Below are positions 8,081 through 18,475 of a DNA stretch of 64,000 bases, in pieces; positions within the stretch are counted from its first letter, which is position 1, and each line of letters opens with the position of its first letter. The notes beneath the pieces were generated by a model, which saw nothing but the letters and a program-made list of their open reading frames with translations, had not been told where the DNA came from and did no database searches. This stretch comes from Candidatus Thorarchaeota archaeon. Lineage in GTDB: Archaea; Asgardarchaeota; Thorarchaeia; Thorarchaeales; Thorarchaeaceae. The position numbers were made by a program, and so were the translations under genes. Location: positions 16,240-80,239 of the forward strand of contig JAWOEX010000038.1 of the NCBI GenBank assembly GCA_046482545.1, written 5' to 3'.

Positions 8081-8505
8081 TCTAGTAGGACTAGGGCGGT
8101 GGGCCACTCCCAGCGGGGTACGAGCCCAGCCCCGAAGGCTGTGAGGAAGACCCCGTCTTCTAAGCAGAAGTCCTCACTCTCCCGTAACGGTCCTCCATCA
8201 GGCCGGGGGGAGTCCGCGGCTGTTCGCTGTGTCCAACTGGACCTGTCCAGCTTTGGTGACGAAGCCGGGCAGAGCGATAATAACCCCGCCGTGGCAAGGA
8301 CTGTGGAAGACCTCACTGTCGCCGGAGTGATGACCCGAAGCACGACAGGAGACAGAAAACAGGACCGTGGGAGGAATCTTATTCCACTGAACGCGGACGA
8401 AGCCCCTGCTAACCTGAGGGCCTACGGTTACCTTGGGGGCGGTAACGCTAGCAGGGGAAGAGTGGAACACAGAAGTTTCATGCAGTTGCTACAACTGTAA
8501 GAAAC
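8081..8505 (+). ncRNA. Candidate large structured non-coding RNA, family unassigned
   Basis: GC-rich segment after TATA-like TTTATTAG (8054-61); many 6-9 bp helices, a GUGA tetraloop, long-range pairings and a terminal hairpin. Confidence 0.6.
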
Positions 8506-8554
8506 AGGTTATACAGAAATGGATGTATTAGTACTAAGCTTCACGTGATAAAAA

Positions 8555-8983
8555 TCAGCTGGAAACTTTTTCCATCACTACATTCTTGACACCATCAAGC
8601 TGTTCAAGTGTTGCTCGGAAAGCGTCCATTTCTTCAGAAAGTTGGGTTGGCGAGAAATAGCATTCATAGAAACAGCGCGTACCACGAAGGCAAACACCAG
8701 TCGAGAATAACAAATCAACCAATCCGGCCTTCTTGAAAACATGAGATAGCTCAGTGAGAAAGTCATTTGTAAGCTTCCCAATCTCTAGGCTTAGATACGT
8801 AACTTCATCAGTATCAATCGGAAAGATCTTCACGATGCGGTCCTTGTGAACTAACACCATAAGACCCCTATCAGTAGAGATAGCCTCTTTGAATGAATTC
8901 GGGAAAGTGACCTTCTCTGAATTGTCAAAAACTAGCACGCGTCCAGCGGTTGCACCTTCGTAATCTTCTTCTTCTTCTGCCAT
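8555..8983 (-). CDS. Hypothetical regulator: AbrB-like N-terminal domain plus ACT-like C-terminal domain
   Basis: RVLVFDNSEKVTFPNSFKEAI (AbrB-like pattern); ACT-like end LEQLDGVKNVVMEKV; start taken at ATG 8983. Confidence 0.5.
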   Translation of the reverse strand: MAEEEEDYEGATAGRVLVFDNSEKVTFPNSFKEAISTDRGLMVLVHKDRIVKIFPIDTDEVTYLSLEIGKLTNDFLTELSHVFKKAGLVDLLFSTGVCLRGTRCFYECYFSPTQLSEEMDAFRATLEQLDGVKNVVMEKVSS

Positions 8984-9135
8984 GATTTGCTCATCCCCTA
9001 GCGTGGAAGAGTACCAAGCGAGCTCCTGTTTTTGTACCCCCACCCAAATATAAATGAAGCTCTACTGTTTAGGGTTCGCTTCCAAAAGCGATTGAAACCA
9101 ATAGAGTCTTTTTTGTGTACTTTATTGAGTGGCAT

Positions 9136-9546
9136 ATGCAGGAACTATTCGAATTCGAGGCAGACATTCGGGAAATTAAACGGGTACTCAAAGAAGTATA
9201 CTATACAGCATGCGAATCTGAAACCAAGGTGAAGACAAGAGAGCTGGTAGCAATGGTCATAGAACTTCAGGAGAAAGCAAAAACTCTGCAGGAACTGTAT
9301 AACATTAGTAGAAATGCTCGTCATATCCTGAAGGACTACAAGGCTAAAGCTTTTCTCAAAAAGAGCGGCAGAGCCCTGTCAAGAAGAAGCGAAAGCTACA
9401 GGGATAAACATCGCGAGATTTCACCATCACATCTTGCGAAATATCGAGCCAATCTTGAAGAGCATGTAGAGAACGTATCAGATGAAATTGGGGAGTGGAT
9501 TAGGAGCATAAGAAACCTTGATGAAACTCCCAGTCCACCGAGATAG
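9136..9546 (+). CDS. Hypothetical alpha-helical protein
   Basis: Clean ORF with charged helical composition. Confidence 0.6.
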   Translation: MQELFEFEADIREIKRVLKEVYYTACESETKVKTRELVAMVIELQEKAKTLQELYNISRNARHILKDYKAKAFLKKSGRALSRRSESYRDKHREISPSHLAKYRANLEEHVENVSDEIGEWIRSIRNLDETPSPPR

Positions 9547-9556
9547 CTACATCACA

Positions 9557-10645
9557 CTACCAACGCAATCTCGCAGCCACACCACCAAACGATTCCAATT
9601 GTGCGCCGGCTTCACTCTCTGGTGAAAAAATCATTAGTTCAGTTCCGTAATCTTCAACCTCATCCACGACGTCGTCAATCAGATCCGTTTTCTCCTCCAA
9701 AACCATCATTGTTTCCACGCGGCCGTTCCGCAAAGCACGTAGAACCTCCTCCTTACCGTATGTTGCGGTCGGACGGCTTTTCATTAAGTCCTCCATGAAG
9801 CTATCCCAAGCCTTGCGTGCAGCATAGATTTCAGTCTCGTGGAGCACCCTTGAAGCTTCTTTCACGGCTTGTTGTAGGCCGGTTTCATCAATCAAGCCAA
9901 CCGAGATAATGTTGTCAACAATCTTCTCTCTGAGTCGATAATCGAGATCTGATTTCTCCAGAAACTCCTGCGCACGGATGGTATTGCCACCGACGATTAT
10001 GGCATCAACACTATCAAGCTCATTAAGCAGCATGTCATTGAGAAGATTACCCACATGTTTGTAAAACTCCATCATTTTTTCGTCTCTTATGCGCTGATAC
10101 CGCTTGGCACTCTGACCACCTGCTCGCGTCTTGCCGATGATGTAGTAGTCTTCTTCCCTGACCAGCTCAATATGATTGCCTCGTAGATAGCCCACCACAA
10201 CTTGGCCACCTTCAATCAGAACAATAACAACCAAGCTCTTTGGCTTCGTTAGTTCCTCAAGCTCATCCAAGACAAACTCCCGTCCACAGATATAGTCGAA
10301 TTTGGAAATGGGTGAAGGTGGAACGACTATCTCCCGGATTTCTTTTTCGGTACCGCCTTCTCTCTTTATTCCGAAGAAGAAAGCCATACCATTCTCAGGG
10401 ATTTCACCTATAACCGATAGCTCATTCAGGATAGCTGTAAGATTATCGATTACCCGCTTTCTGTTAGTTTTGCTCTTTATGTTCTCTGCTCCTGCAAGCT
10501 CCGACTTAACGAAATTTATGACATCGACTAGGCTCTTCTCAGGTGGAATATACAAAGTTGTGAAGGAGCTATGCCTGCCCTTCAGTTCTTTCAACTGCTC
10601 AACCTTGCGTTTGAGCTTTATTCTCTTAGGGTCCATCGTAAGCAA
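9557..10645 (-). CDS. prf1: Peptide chain release factor aRF1
   Basis: NIKS, YICGREF (YxCxxxF) and GGQS motifs; C-terminal FGGVAARLRW. Confidence 0.9.
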   Translation of the reverse strand: MLTMDPKRIKLKRKVEQLKELKGRHSSFTTLYIPPEKSLVDVINFVKSELAGAENIKSKTNRKRVIDNLTAILNELSVIGEIPENGMAFFFGIKREGGTEKEIREIVVPPSPISKFDYICGREFVLDELEELTKPKSLVVIVLIEGGQVVVGYLRGNHIELVREEDYYIIGKTRAGGQSAKRYQRIRDEKMMEFYKHVGNLLNDMLLNELDSVDAIIVGGNTIRAQEFLEKSDLDYRLREKIVDNIISVGLIDETGLQQAVKEASRVLHETEIYAARKAWDSFMEDLMKSRPTATYGKEEVLRALRNGRVETMMVLEEKTDLIDDVVDEVEDYGTELMIFSPESEAGAQLESFGGVAARLRW

Positions 10646-10945
10646 ACACCTGCCATAGTTCCGAATGCTCAGCAGAGACTATACAGAAACAAAAGCCGTA
10701 AACGACTCTTGAATGTCGAGCCTTCGGAGGATATTTGAAGTTTACGACGTGTTAGTCACAAGCAATTCAACAAGAAAAACCTGCGCAGTAGTATATTCGA
10801 AGAACTGCGATACCTCTGACGACAGGTTAAAAAGGAAGAGCCGCTCTGAATTCTCAATACAGGTGAAGGCGGATGTGGCCACACCAATTTACGGGTCGCT
10901 AGGAAGTACTTTATTCTCAGCATACATGCTGTTCTCCGACTCTCA

Positions 10946-12484
10946 ATGCCTTCACCTAAAATGGAGTCTTGGAAACAAATGAAACCACAGCTTACCGAAG
11001 GAGAGCTTGAGGTGCTAAAGCAGCTCCTCAACCGAAAAGGTCCCACGTCTGTTAAGGAATTGAAGAATGAGATGGGTGACGAAGAGCAAAGAATAGTTTC
11101 ATTACTCAGCTCACTATCTGAGAGAGGTCTTGTAGATTTCGATGTTGTTGAGGAAACCGAGTATACTCTCACAGACGAAGGGAAGCGGTATCAGGATTTC
11201 GAATTGCCGGAAGTTAGGCTCGTCACAGTAGTGAATGAGCTAGGGGGAAAAGCCCCCTTTGATGATGCAACCGATAAAGCAGAACTGAAAGGACGCACTA
11301 AAGGAATCGCCATAAGTTGGGCCAAAAGGAACGGATGGCTTGAAATTACCAAAGAGAAAGGGAAGAATTACTTTATTTCACTTGAAGAGAATCCACAAAG
11401 CCCTCTCAGTACAATTCTCGAGAAGGTAGCAGCTGACGAAGAAATTTCAAAAAATCATCAGGATATCCTGCAACAAGCTGTTCAGAGAACTCTTGTGGAA
11501 GAACACATCACAAAGGGGTTCATTGGAGAGGTTCCTAAAAACAAAAGGAAACAAGCTTCAAAAGCGGTTTCCTCACGAGCGGTGGGTATATCACTGCTAA
11601 CACCGAAAATGCTTGCAGAAGGGTCTTGGAGAGACAGATCCTTCAAACCATTCAATATTGAAACAGAGCCCGCCTTCGTAAGCTACGGAAAGAAACATCC
11701 TTATCGCGAATTCAATGACTGGCTTAGAGAGATATTTTTAGGTCTCGGTTTCACCGAATGGTTTGGTCCCTACGTTGAAACCGAATTCTGGAACAACGAT
11801 GCCCTATTCGTTCCTCAGGATCATGTAGCCAGGGAAGTGCAAGATCAGTTCAGAATTACAGAACCGTATGACCATGGTGATATCGTTGATGAAGAGTACT
11901 TCCAAGCAGTCAAATCTGTGCATGAAGGCGGGGGCATGACTGGTTCTAAAGGGTGGGATTCACCCTTCAGCCGGGAAGTCTCCACAAGACTCTGTTTGCG
12001 ATCCCATACAACACCAGTTTCAATGCGTTATCTTTGGGAAAACAGAGAGTCACCCCAAAAGATGTTCATCGTGGACCGGAACTTCCGAGCAGAGAAATTG
12101 AGTGCAAGGCATGCCCAAGAATTCAATCAATGTGATGGCATAATCATGGATAAAGGGTTGACACTTCGTGATCTTATGGGCTTCATCGAAGAAATCTGTA
12201 AGCGTGTTGGTATTGAAAAAGTGAAATTCAAACCTGGCCAGTTTCCATTCACAGAGCCAAGCATAGAGGGTTTTGCCAAGCATGAAGAGCTTGGGTGGAT
12301 TGAAGTTGCACCGGGCGGGGTATTCCGGCCTGAGGTTACTAGACCATTGGGCATAGAGGATCCTGTTCTTGCTTGGGGCATCGGTTCAGGGAGACTCTAT
12401 ATGGCAGCGATGGGAATCTCGGATATCCGTCAGCTCTATTCCAGAGACCTAGAATGGTTGAGAAGAAACGTATATGTGAGGTAG
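10946..12484 (+). CDS. pheS: Phenylalanine-tRNA ligase alpha subunit (archaeal type)
   Basis: N-terminal wHTH; GKKHPY, FWNNDALFVPQDH, LRSHTT, FPFTEPS. Confidence 0.95.
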   Translation: MPSPKMESWKQMKPQLTEGELEVLKQLLNRKGPTSVKELKNEMGDEEQRIVSLLSSLSERGLVDFDVVEETEYTLTDEGKRYQDFELPEVRLVTVVNELGGKAPFDDATDKAELKGRTKGIAISWAKRNGWLEITKEKGKNYFISLEENPQSPLSTILEKVAADEEISKNHQDILQQAVQRTLVEEHITKGFIGEVPKNKRKQASKAVSSRAVGISLLTPKMLAEGSWRDRSFKPFNIETEPAFVSYGKKHPYREFNDWLREIFLGLGFTEWFGPYVETEFWNNDALFVPQDHVAREVQDQFRITEPYDHGDIVDEEYFQAVKSVHEGGGMTGSKGWDSPFSREVSTRLCLRSHTTPVSMRYLWENRESPQKMFIVDRNFRAEKLSARHAQEFNQCDGIIMDKGLTLRDLMGFIEEICKRVGIEKVKFKPGQFPFTEPSIEGFAKHEELGWIEVAPGGVFRPEVTRPLGIEDPVLAWGIGSGRLYMAAMGISDIRQLYSRDLEWLRRNVYVR

Positions 12485-12491
12485 GAAACTG

Positions 12492-14153
12492 ATGATTGTA
12501 GAATGTAGATTCAATGGTCTTAAGGACCTTATCGGGAGAGAGATTACAGCTGAAGAACTTGATGAGATCCTTTTTCTCCTGAAGGCAGAAGTCGAGTCTT
12601 TCGACGGTGAAGAGATGGAGATTGAGGTCAATCCTGATAGACAAGATATGCTATCTCAAGAAGGGATAGCAAGGGCCGTCAAGTCATTTGTGGGTATTTC
12701 ACCAGGACTCAAGGAATTCCCAGTAAAGGATTCAGAGAAGAAGATTATTGTTGAACAAGGCCTTGAGCGGATAAGGCAGTTTATCGCATGTGGTATTGTG
12801 AGGAATCTTGAGATAGATGACACATTGGTTAAAGACTATATGCATCTTCAGGAGAACCTTACGGCTACTCATGGTCGCAACAGGAAAAAGGCTAGTATCG
12901 GTCTCTACGTGTATGACGATATAGAGTTCCCTGTTACCTACAAGCTTGAGAAGCCAGAGTTTATCGAGTTTACCCCATTGGGCCTTTCAACTGGGATGGA
13001 TGGTCCAACAATCATAGAACAGCACGAGAAAGGTGTAGAATACGGACCAATCATATCTGATTTTGAAAAGTGGCCTCTTCTGCTCGACGCCGATGAAAAA
13101 ATCCTGAGTTTGCCACCAATTATCAACAGCAATGATTTGGGCAGAATATCTGATGATACCACCAATGTCTTCGTCGAAGTAACAGGGACGCATGAGCCAA
13201 CGGTAAATCAGGCACTCAACATAATGGTAACAGCTCTAGCCGAAAGAAGAGGCGAGATACAATCTGTCAATGTCAAGTATCCGAATGATAAGACCATTTC
13301 CACTCCTAATCTGAAGCCGCTTGAAATGAAATTGAGCAGAGATGGGGTAGAAAGCCTTACAGGACTGCAACTCAACAGCAAGGAAATTGTCTCTTGTCTT
13401 AATCGAATGGGATACGATGCGACGACTGTAGAAGACGGGTTGGACGTGCTTGTTCCCGCATACAGAACTGATATCCTTCATGAAGTTGATCTCATTGAGG
13501 ATGTGGCAATTGGTTATGGCTTTGACAGGATAATACCTACCATGCCAAAAACAATGACCGTTGGAAAGCTGCTGCCAGTCCGCAAACTCAAGAATCGAGT
13601 AAGAGACCTTATGATCGGGTTGGGTTATCAAGAAGTTTTGAGTTATGTGATGAGTTCTCCCAAAGTTCTCAATGAAAAAACCCTGAGAAATCAGGAGCTT
13701 GTGAAGACTGGCAATCCTAAGAGCAAAGATTTCTCCTGTCTAAGAAACTCATTGCTGCCGATTCTTCTTGATTTCCTTTCCAAGAACCAGCATGCTGATT
13801 ATCCACAGGAAATCTTCGAAGTAGGCGATATTGTTATCCCGAATAATGACAGTGAGACCAGAACTGATCAACCGCCTTCTGTATGCGGTATGCAAACGAA
13901 TCCCGAAATCAACCTCACGAAACTCCTGAATCATCTAGGTTTTCTACTCCGAAATCTGGGATTGACAAATCGATTTGAGTTCAAGGCTATTGAAGATGAT
14001 ACATTCATCGAGGGGAGAACAGGTAGCATATTAGTCGACAATGATAGAATAGGTATTCTTGGTGAGATTCATCCGGAGGCGTTGGAAGCATTTGGCATTG
14101 GTACGCCAGTCATGGCATTTGAGCTGCAAATACCTAGGACTGGGAAATGGTAA
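12492..14153 (+). CDS. pheT: Phenylalanine-tRNA ligase beta subunit
   Basis: NPDRQDMLS, GRNRKKASIG, LSLPPIINS, YRTDILHEVDLIEDVAIGYG; follows pheS. Confidence 0.95.
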   Translation: MIVECRFNGLKDLIGREITAEELDEILFLLKAEVESFDGEEMEIEVNPDRQDMLSQEGIARAVKSFVGISPGLKEFPVKDSEKKIIVEQGLERIRQFIACGIVRNLEIDDTLVKDYMHLQENLTATHGRNRKKASIGLYVYDDIEFPVTYKLEKPEFIEFTPLGLSTGMDGPTIIEQHEKGVEYGPIISDFEKWPLLLDADEKILSLPPIINSNDLGRISDDTTNVFVEVTGTHEPTVNQALNIMVTALAERRGEIQSVNVKYPNDKTISTPNLKPLEMKLSRDGVESLTGLQLNSKEIVSCLNRMGYDATTVEDGLDVLVPAYRTDILHEVDLIEDVAIGYGFDRIIPTMPKTMTVGKLLPVRKLKNRVRDLMIGLGYQEVLSYVMSSPKVLNEKTLRNQELVKTGNPKSKDFSCLRNSLLPILLDFLSKNQHADYPQEIFEVGDIVIPNNDSETRTDQPPSVCGMQTNPEINLTKLLNHLGFLLRNLGLTNRFEFKAIEDDTFIEGRTGSILVDNDRIGILGEIHPEALEAFGIGTPVMAFELQIPRTGKW

Positions 14154-14257
14154 TTTGTCCTGCACTCACTTTGGTAAAAATGGAACATTCTCACAAGAAT
14201 TATAAGAAATGCTAGGAACGACTGAGTAAAAGATGACTTCTAAGGTGAATATCCTGA

Positions 14258-14863
14258 ATGACTCCTAATCAAAACGTCTCCAAAATACAGAGTGATTCCG
14301 AAGGGGAAGAGGACTTTGAGGAATACAAATATCGATTGGTCCTCCTAGGAGAGGCTGCCGTTGGCAAAACATCCCTTCTAAGGAGATATACCGAGAATAC
14401 GTTTGACGAAGAATACAAACAAACTCTTGGAACTACGTTCGCAGCGAAGGATGTTGCCATAGAGAACGATGAAGGCGAGGAAACAGAAGTCCGTCTCGTA
14501 ATCTGGGATATGGGTGGACAGTCAACATACAAAGAACTGAGACGCCAATACATGAAAGGAGCGGCCGGGGGTATTATTGTGTATGACGTAACCAGACCCG
14601 AGACATTCATGGCAATGAATAACTGGTTCGAATCGTTCCGAGAAACCTGTCCAAATTCACCGGTAATAATCTGTGCCAACAAAATAGACCTCGAAGAAGA
14701 CAGGATGGTGCCAGTTGAACCCGGAATTATGCTGAGGGATTGGTTCCAAGCAGATTATTATGAGACGTCAGCAAAAACTGGCGAGGCGGTTGATAACGCG
14801 TTTCAGAGAATCGCCAAAATCCTAGTTGACAGATCACGGTCGGACAAACAGCCAGAAATGTGA
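14258..14863 (+). CDS. Rab-like small GTPase
   Basis: G1 GEAAVGKT, G3 WDMGGQ, G4 NKID, G5 ETSAK; RabF-like YMKGA and IVYDVT. Confidence 0.9.
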   Translation: MTPNQNVSKIQSDSEGEEDFEEYKYRLVLLGEAAVGKTSLLRRYTENTFDEEYKQTLGTTFAAKDVAIENDEGEETEVRLVIWDMGGQSTYKELRRQYMKGAAGGIIVYDVTRPETFMAMNNWFESFRETCPNSPVIICANKIDLEEDRMVPVEPGIMLRDWFQADYYETSAKTGEAVDNAFQRIAKILVDRSRSDKQPEM

Positions 14864-14934
14864 TTCGCACCTGCGCCAAACCGCAAATACCAATTCAGGA
14901 ATATCTAATCCTGTTTGGGCATAGCATACTGCGG

Positions 14935-15591
14935 TTAAGCAGGCCGATAGTCGTCTATTTCGTCTCTCAAATCCCTCTTGATTTTGAGGATATCTCTAGC
15001 CTGCAATTCGTGCCTCTTTGAATAGGTCTTCACGATGCCGCTCCATTTGTCGATAGTCACGAGAATTGGATCTGAAGGTACTATTTTCTGTATGTCGCTC
15101 TTTACCTGTTCCATAACATCAAGAACATCACCAGCAACACAACCCATCTTAAGTGAATCCAGAATTTTTTCCAGCTGATCAGCAATCTTCATTCCTCTGT
15201 CAGGCGATAGTGATGGAGCAGCAGCCGGTCGGGACGTATCAGGCTCTGGTTCCTGGCTTGTTGGGGCCTCAGCTTTAGCGGGAATTTTTTCAATCTTGGC
15301 AAGAACCTGCTCTTCAAGACCAGCAAGGGATTCATCTATCGACTGTTCAACTCGTTTCATCGCATCGTTGACAACTGCCTCCAGTTGCTCCTGGCTAAGA
15401 GTGGATGTTGTAGTATCGGTTGAACTCGCCTGTTGCTCTATTTTCTCCAATATCTTATCACGGGCTACGCGTACCTCAGAACGGATTTCCGTAACAGATT
15501 CCATAATTGTGACCATCCGCTTGAGAGTGTCTCCAAGGGAATCTATACTGTCTTCAATTTCGCCCAAACGACTCAGGAATTCTTCTGCCAT
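14935..15591 (-). CDS. Hypothetical coiled-coil protein with C-terminal helical domain
   Basis: GGAGGT upstream of ATG 15591; heptad-like N-terminus and Pro/Ala linker. Confidence 0.65.
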   Translation of the reverse strand: MAEEFLSRLGEIEDSIDSLGDTLKRMVTIMESVTEIRSEVRVARDKILEKIEQQASSTDTTTSTLSQEQLEAVVNDAMKRVEQSIDESLAGLEEQVLAKIEKIPAKAEAPTSQEPEPDTSRPAAAPSLSPDRGMKIADQLEKILDSLKMGCVAGDVLDVMEQVKSDIQKIVPSDPILVTIDKWSGIVKTYSKRHELQARDILKIKRDLRDEIDDYRPA

Positions 15592-15934
15592 CTCTGTGGT
15601 ACCTCCACATATCACGTTTTCATCTTTGTTCTTCTTGAAGAAAAAGATTTGGCTCATGAACTAGTGTAGTCATCAAGGCGATGATACATCAAATATGATT
15701 TTCATTAGTCACAACATTCCTCTTTATTCCTTAAGAAAACAAATCAGTACATGAGATGCATTTAACAGAGATTAACCTATATGTATTACTCCATTTTACA
15801 AGCTGGAGACCTAGCTATACTCTTCGTTAGAGAAAAAAGCACACAATCTTTGAGTAGTATAAGGAGCTCTGCAAAATCATTAAATGGTAGCAACTACGAA
15901 CCCCAAAGGGCCACAAGAACAGGAAGTATAGAAA

Positions 15935-16522
15935 TTGTCCACTGAACCCGCGAGTCACATGTTCAAAGCAGTAGCGCTTGGAGACGGTGCAGTTGGTAAG
16001 ACAAGCTGTATCAAGCGATACACTGAGGACAGTTTCAGTGAGGAATATATTTCTACAATTGGCACAACGTTTGCGCTCAAAACAGTCGAAGCTCAAACTC
16101 CGGATGGTAGGAAAGTCAATGCTAGAGTTGTCCTTTGGGACTTAGCAGGCCAGCCAACATACAACGAACTTCGTCGTCGTTACATGGCCGGTGCAAGTAT
16201 GGCGATAATCATCTATGATGTAACAAGACCGCAGACTTTCCTTAACGTAGGCGAGTGGTTCACTAAATTCGTAACTGTTTGTCCCAATGCGGTTGTTACT
16301 GTTGTTGCTAACAAGATTGATAGGACTGACAGGTTAGTACCTCCTGAAGCCGGGGAAATGGTAAGAGAATGGCTCGATGTAGACCACTTTGAGACTTCAG
16401 CGAAAACTGGTGAAAACATTACAGAGATGTTTAACAATCTCGTGTCCAGATCAATCGAGAAACAGGCTCGTCTGGGCAAATTGGGCAGCATGGTCCAAGA
16501 CGCCCGAGAGACCCAGATATAG
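15935..16522 (+). CDS. Rab-like small GTPase
   Basis: GDGAVGKT, TIGTTF, WDLAGQ, NKID, ETSAK. Confidence 0.9.
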   Translation: MSTEPASHMFKAVALGDGAVGKTSCIKRYTEDSFSEEYISTIGTTFALKTVEAQTPDGRKVNARVVLWDLAGQPTYNELRRRYMAGASMAIIIYDVTRPQTFLNVGEWFTKFVTVCPNAVVTVVANKIDRTDRLVPPEAGEMVREWLDVDHFETSAKTGENITEMFNNLVSRSIEKQARLGKLGSMVQDARETQI

Positions 16523-16546
16523 TGATTGTAGTTTGAGGAATTTCGT

Positions 16547-17083
16547 ATGGCTACAACCAAGAATCTAGTCAAATGGGCATTAGGCCACTTCGGGCTTTTT
16601 ATCTTGAATTTCTTTGTATTAGTGGGAGTCATAGAAAGTTTGAAGCTGTTCGCAGAAGAGCTTCCCCTATTGAATACTCTTCTTCTTGGCTATATGCTGG
16701 TGCACACTTTCAGTCTTCTTTCCATTCAGCTCGGAATACAGATACTAGAGCTTATCCGCATTCGTATACCTACATTCTTGCCCAGTTACTATTTCCAATT
16801 CTCCGACCAAGAAACAATCCCAATGCCACTCTTGGATCCAACAAAAAGCAAGCTCGCCGTGCTAATCCTTCTGCTCATCATTACGGGGGGACCAGTACTG
16901 TACTCGATTTTCGCAATCTATGGGTTCTTTCTCATCCAAGCCCATCTCTTGATTATTGCACTAAAGCCTGCCGTCATCCTTGAATATTTTGGAATATTTC
17001 TCAATTGGATGCCTCCAATCATTGGGTTCATGGTCGCGATAGTTATTCTGTCAATCGTTGCAGTCGAATTCAAACACGTATAG
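16547..17083 (+). CDS. Hypothetical integral membrane protein
   Basis: 4-5 hydrophobic segments; starts 24 nt after the GTPase stop. Confidence 0.7.
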   Translation: MATTKNLVKWALGHFGLFILNFFVLVGVIESLKLFAEELPLLNTLLLGYMLVHTFSLLSIQLGIQILELIRIRIPTFLPSYYFQFSDQETIPMPLLDPTKSKLAVLILLLIITGGPVLYSIFAIYGFFLIQAHLLIIALKPAVILEYFGIFLNWMPPIIGFMVAIVILSIVAVEFKHV

Positions 17084-17084
17084 A

Positions 17085-18395
<1,311 letters not shown>

Positions 18396-18475
18396 TCATC
18401 CTGCTTTCTAAGACGATATTTCACTCTTTCTTACGGTTACTGTTATATTTGAGAAGCTAGCATTCAGCATGAATA

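Noticed and set aside
7997-8500. ORFs of 167, 103 and 90 aa overlapping the GC-rich segment
   Set aside because: Low-complexity S/R/G/P composition and no recognisable motifs; open frames are explained by high GC content.
8081-8505. Firm call as SRP RNA, canonical RNase P RNA or group II intron
   Set aside because: The SRP helix-8 motif, canonical GAGGAAAGUCC / ACAGAA..GCUUA and group II domain V were not found on either strand.
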